DNA of 64,000 nucleotides, from the NCBI GenBank assembly GCA_964016885.1, contig OZ024740.1, positions 197,470,001 through 197,534,000 on the forward strand, read 5' to 3'. The notes beneath the pieces are model-generated. The model ran no database searches. It was given only the letters and a program-made list of their open reading frames with translations, and had not been told where the DNA came from. The stretch comes from Eledone cirrhosa (lineage: Eukaryota). The first letter of the stretch is position 1; every line of letters starts with the position of its first letter. The translations under genes were made by a program, and so were the position numbers. Of the stretch, positions 63,448-64,000 are shown one piece after another.

Positions 63448-64000
63448 CTTAAGATATATATGTCTTATTCCTCTCTGGAAAAAATCGTCTGTGTCCAGAT
63501 CTGGAGAGGAATTAGCTTCCCAGGTTTAAATCCCAAAAGACATCCCTACGACTCCACCAGGAGGCAAGGGCTCACGCATGAGTGTCGGGAATGTGTGATT
63601 TGAGGTAGATTTGCCTGCTATCTCTAGTAAGCTGAGCGATTCGAAACGTCTCTCGATGGTTTCGTACATGTATTTATTCCAATCATACAATAATATTCAT
63701 TTCTAATGCTCCACATGTTTCTCCTTCAATTGACCAATTCCCAAGACAAGTGTCCTTCCCTCAATATGTATATTGTTCTTAAAGGCATAATATTGTGGCA
63801 GCAGCTGCAGTGTTGAATTTTAATTTTAATGAATCTTAATATTATTCCAAATAATGAGCTCACACAGTGTTTTCTTTTGTTTCTAACATTCTTGATAGAT
63901 TTTTTTAGCTGTAATGTGATTGCTGTTTAAGGTAATTAAAACTTCTCAGATAGAAAACAATATGCGAATAGTTTAAATAATTAGTCAAAAAGTTACGGCA

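Overview
AT-rich, microsatellite-dense animal genomic DNA with no recognisable host gene; the SINE types and TA/TATC/TATG tracts suggest a cephalopod such as Octopus (inference). Nearly all coding potential belongs to decayed transposons: two near-full-length Tx1-clade LINEs (185-5595, 36742-42542), Penelope-like elements (PLEs, Hydra-clade-like), a Helitron, R4/Dong-like restriction-like-endonuclease (RLE) LINEs, RTE fragments, two mariners, LTR remnants and many tRNA-derived SINEs. The main hidden signal is non-coding. Many short repeats wedged into (TA)n tracts carry type I hammerhead ribozyme (HHR) folds of several unrelated families, with about 11 intact cores plus several decayed ones, in tandem, inverted and circularly permuted arrangements. 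One ~375-nt ORF-less family looks like a retrozyme or circRNA-derived element, and one copy of another family begins exactly at the predicted self-cleavage site. Different retroelement classes also appear to partition different microsatellite motifs as targets. Folds were worked out by eye and many boundaries are approximate.
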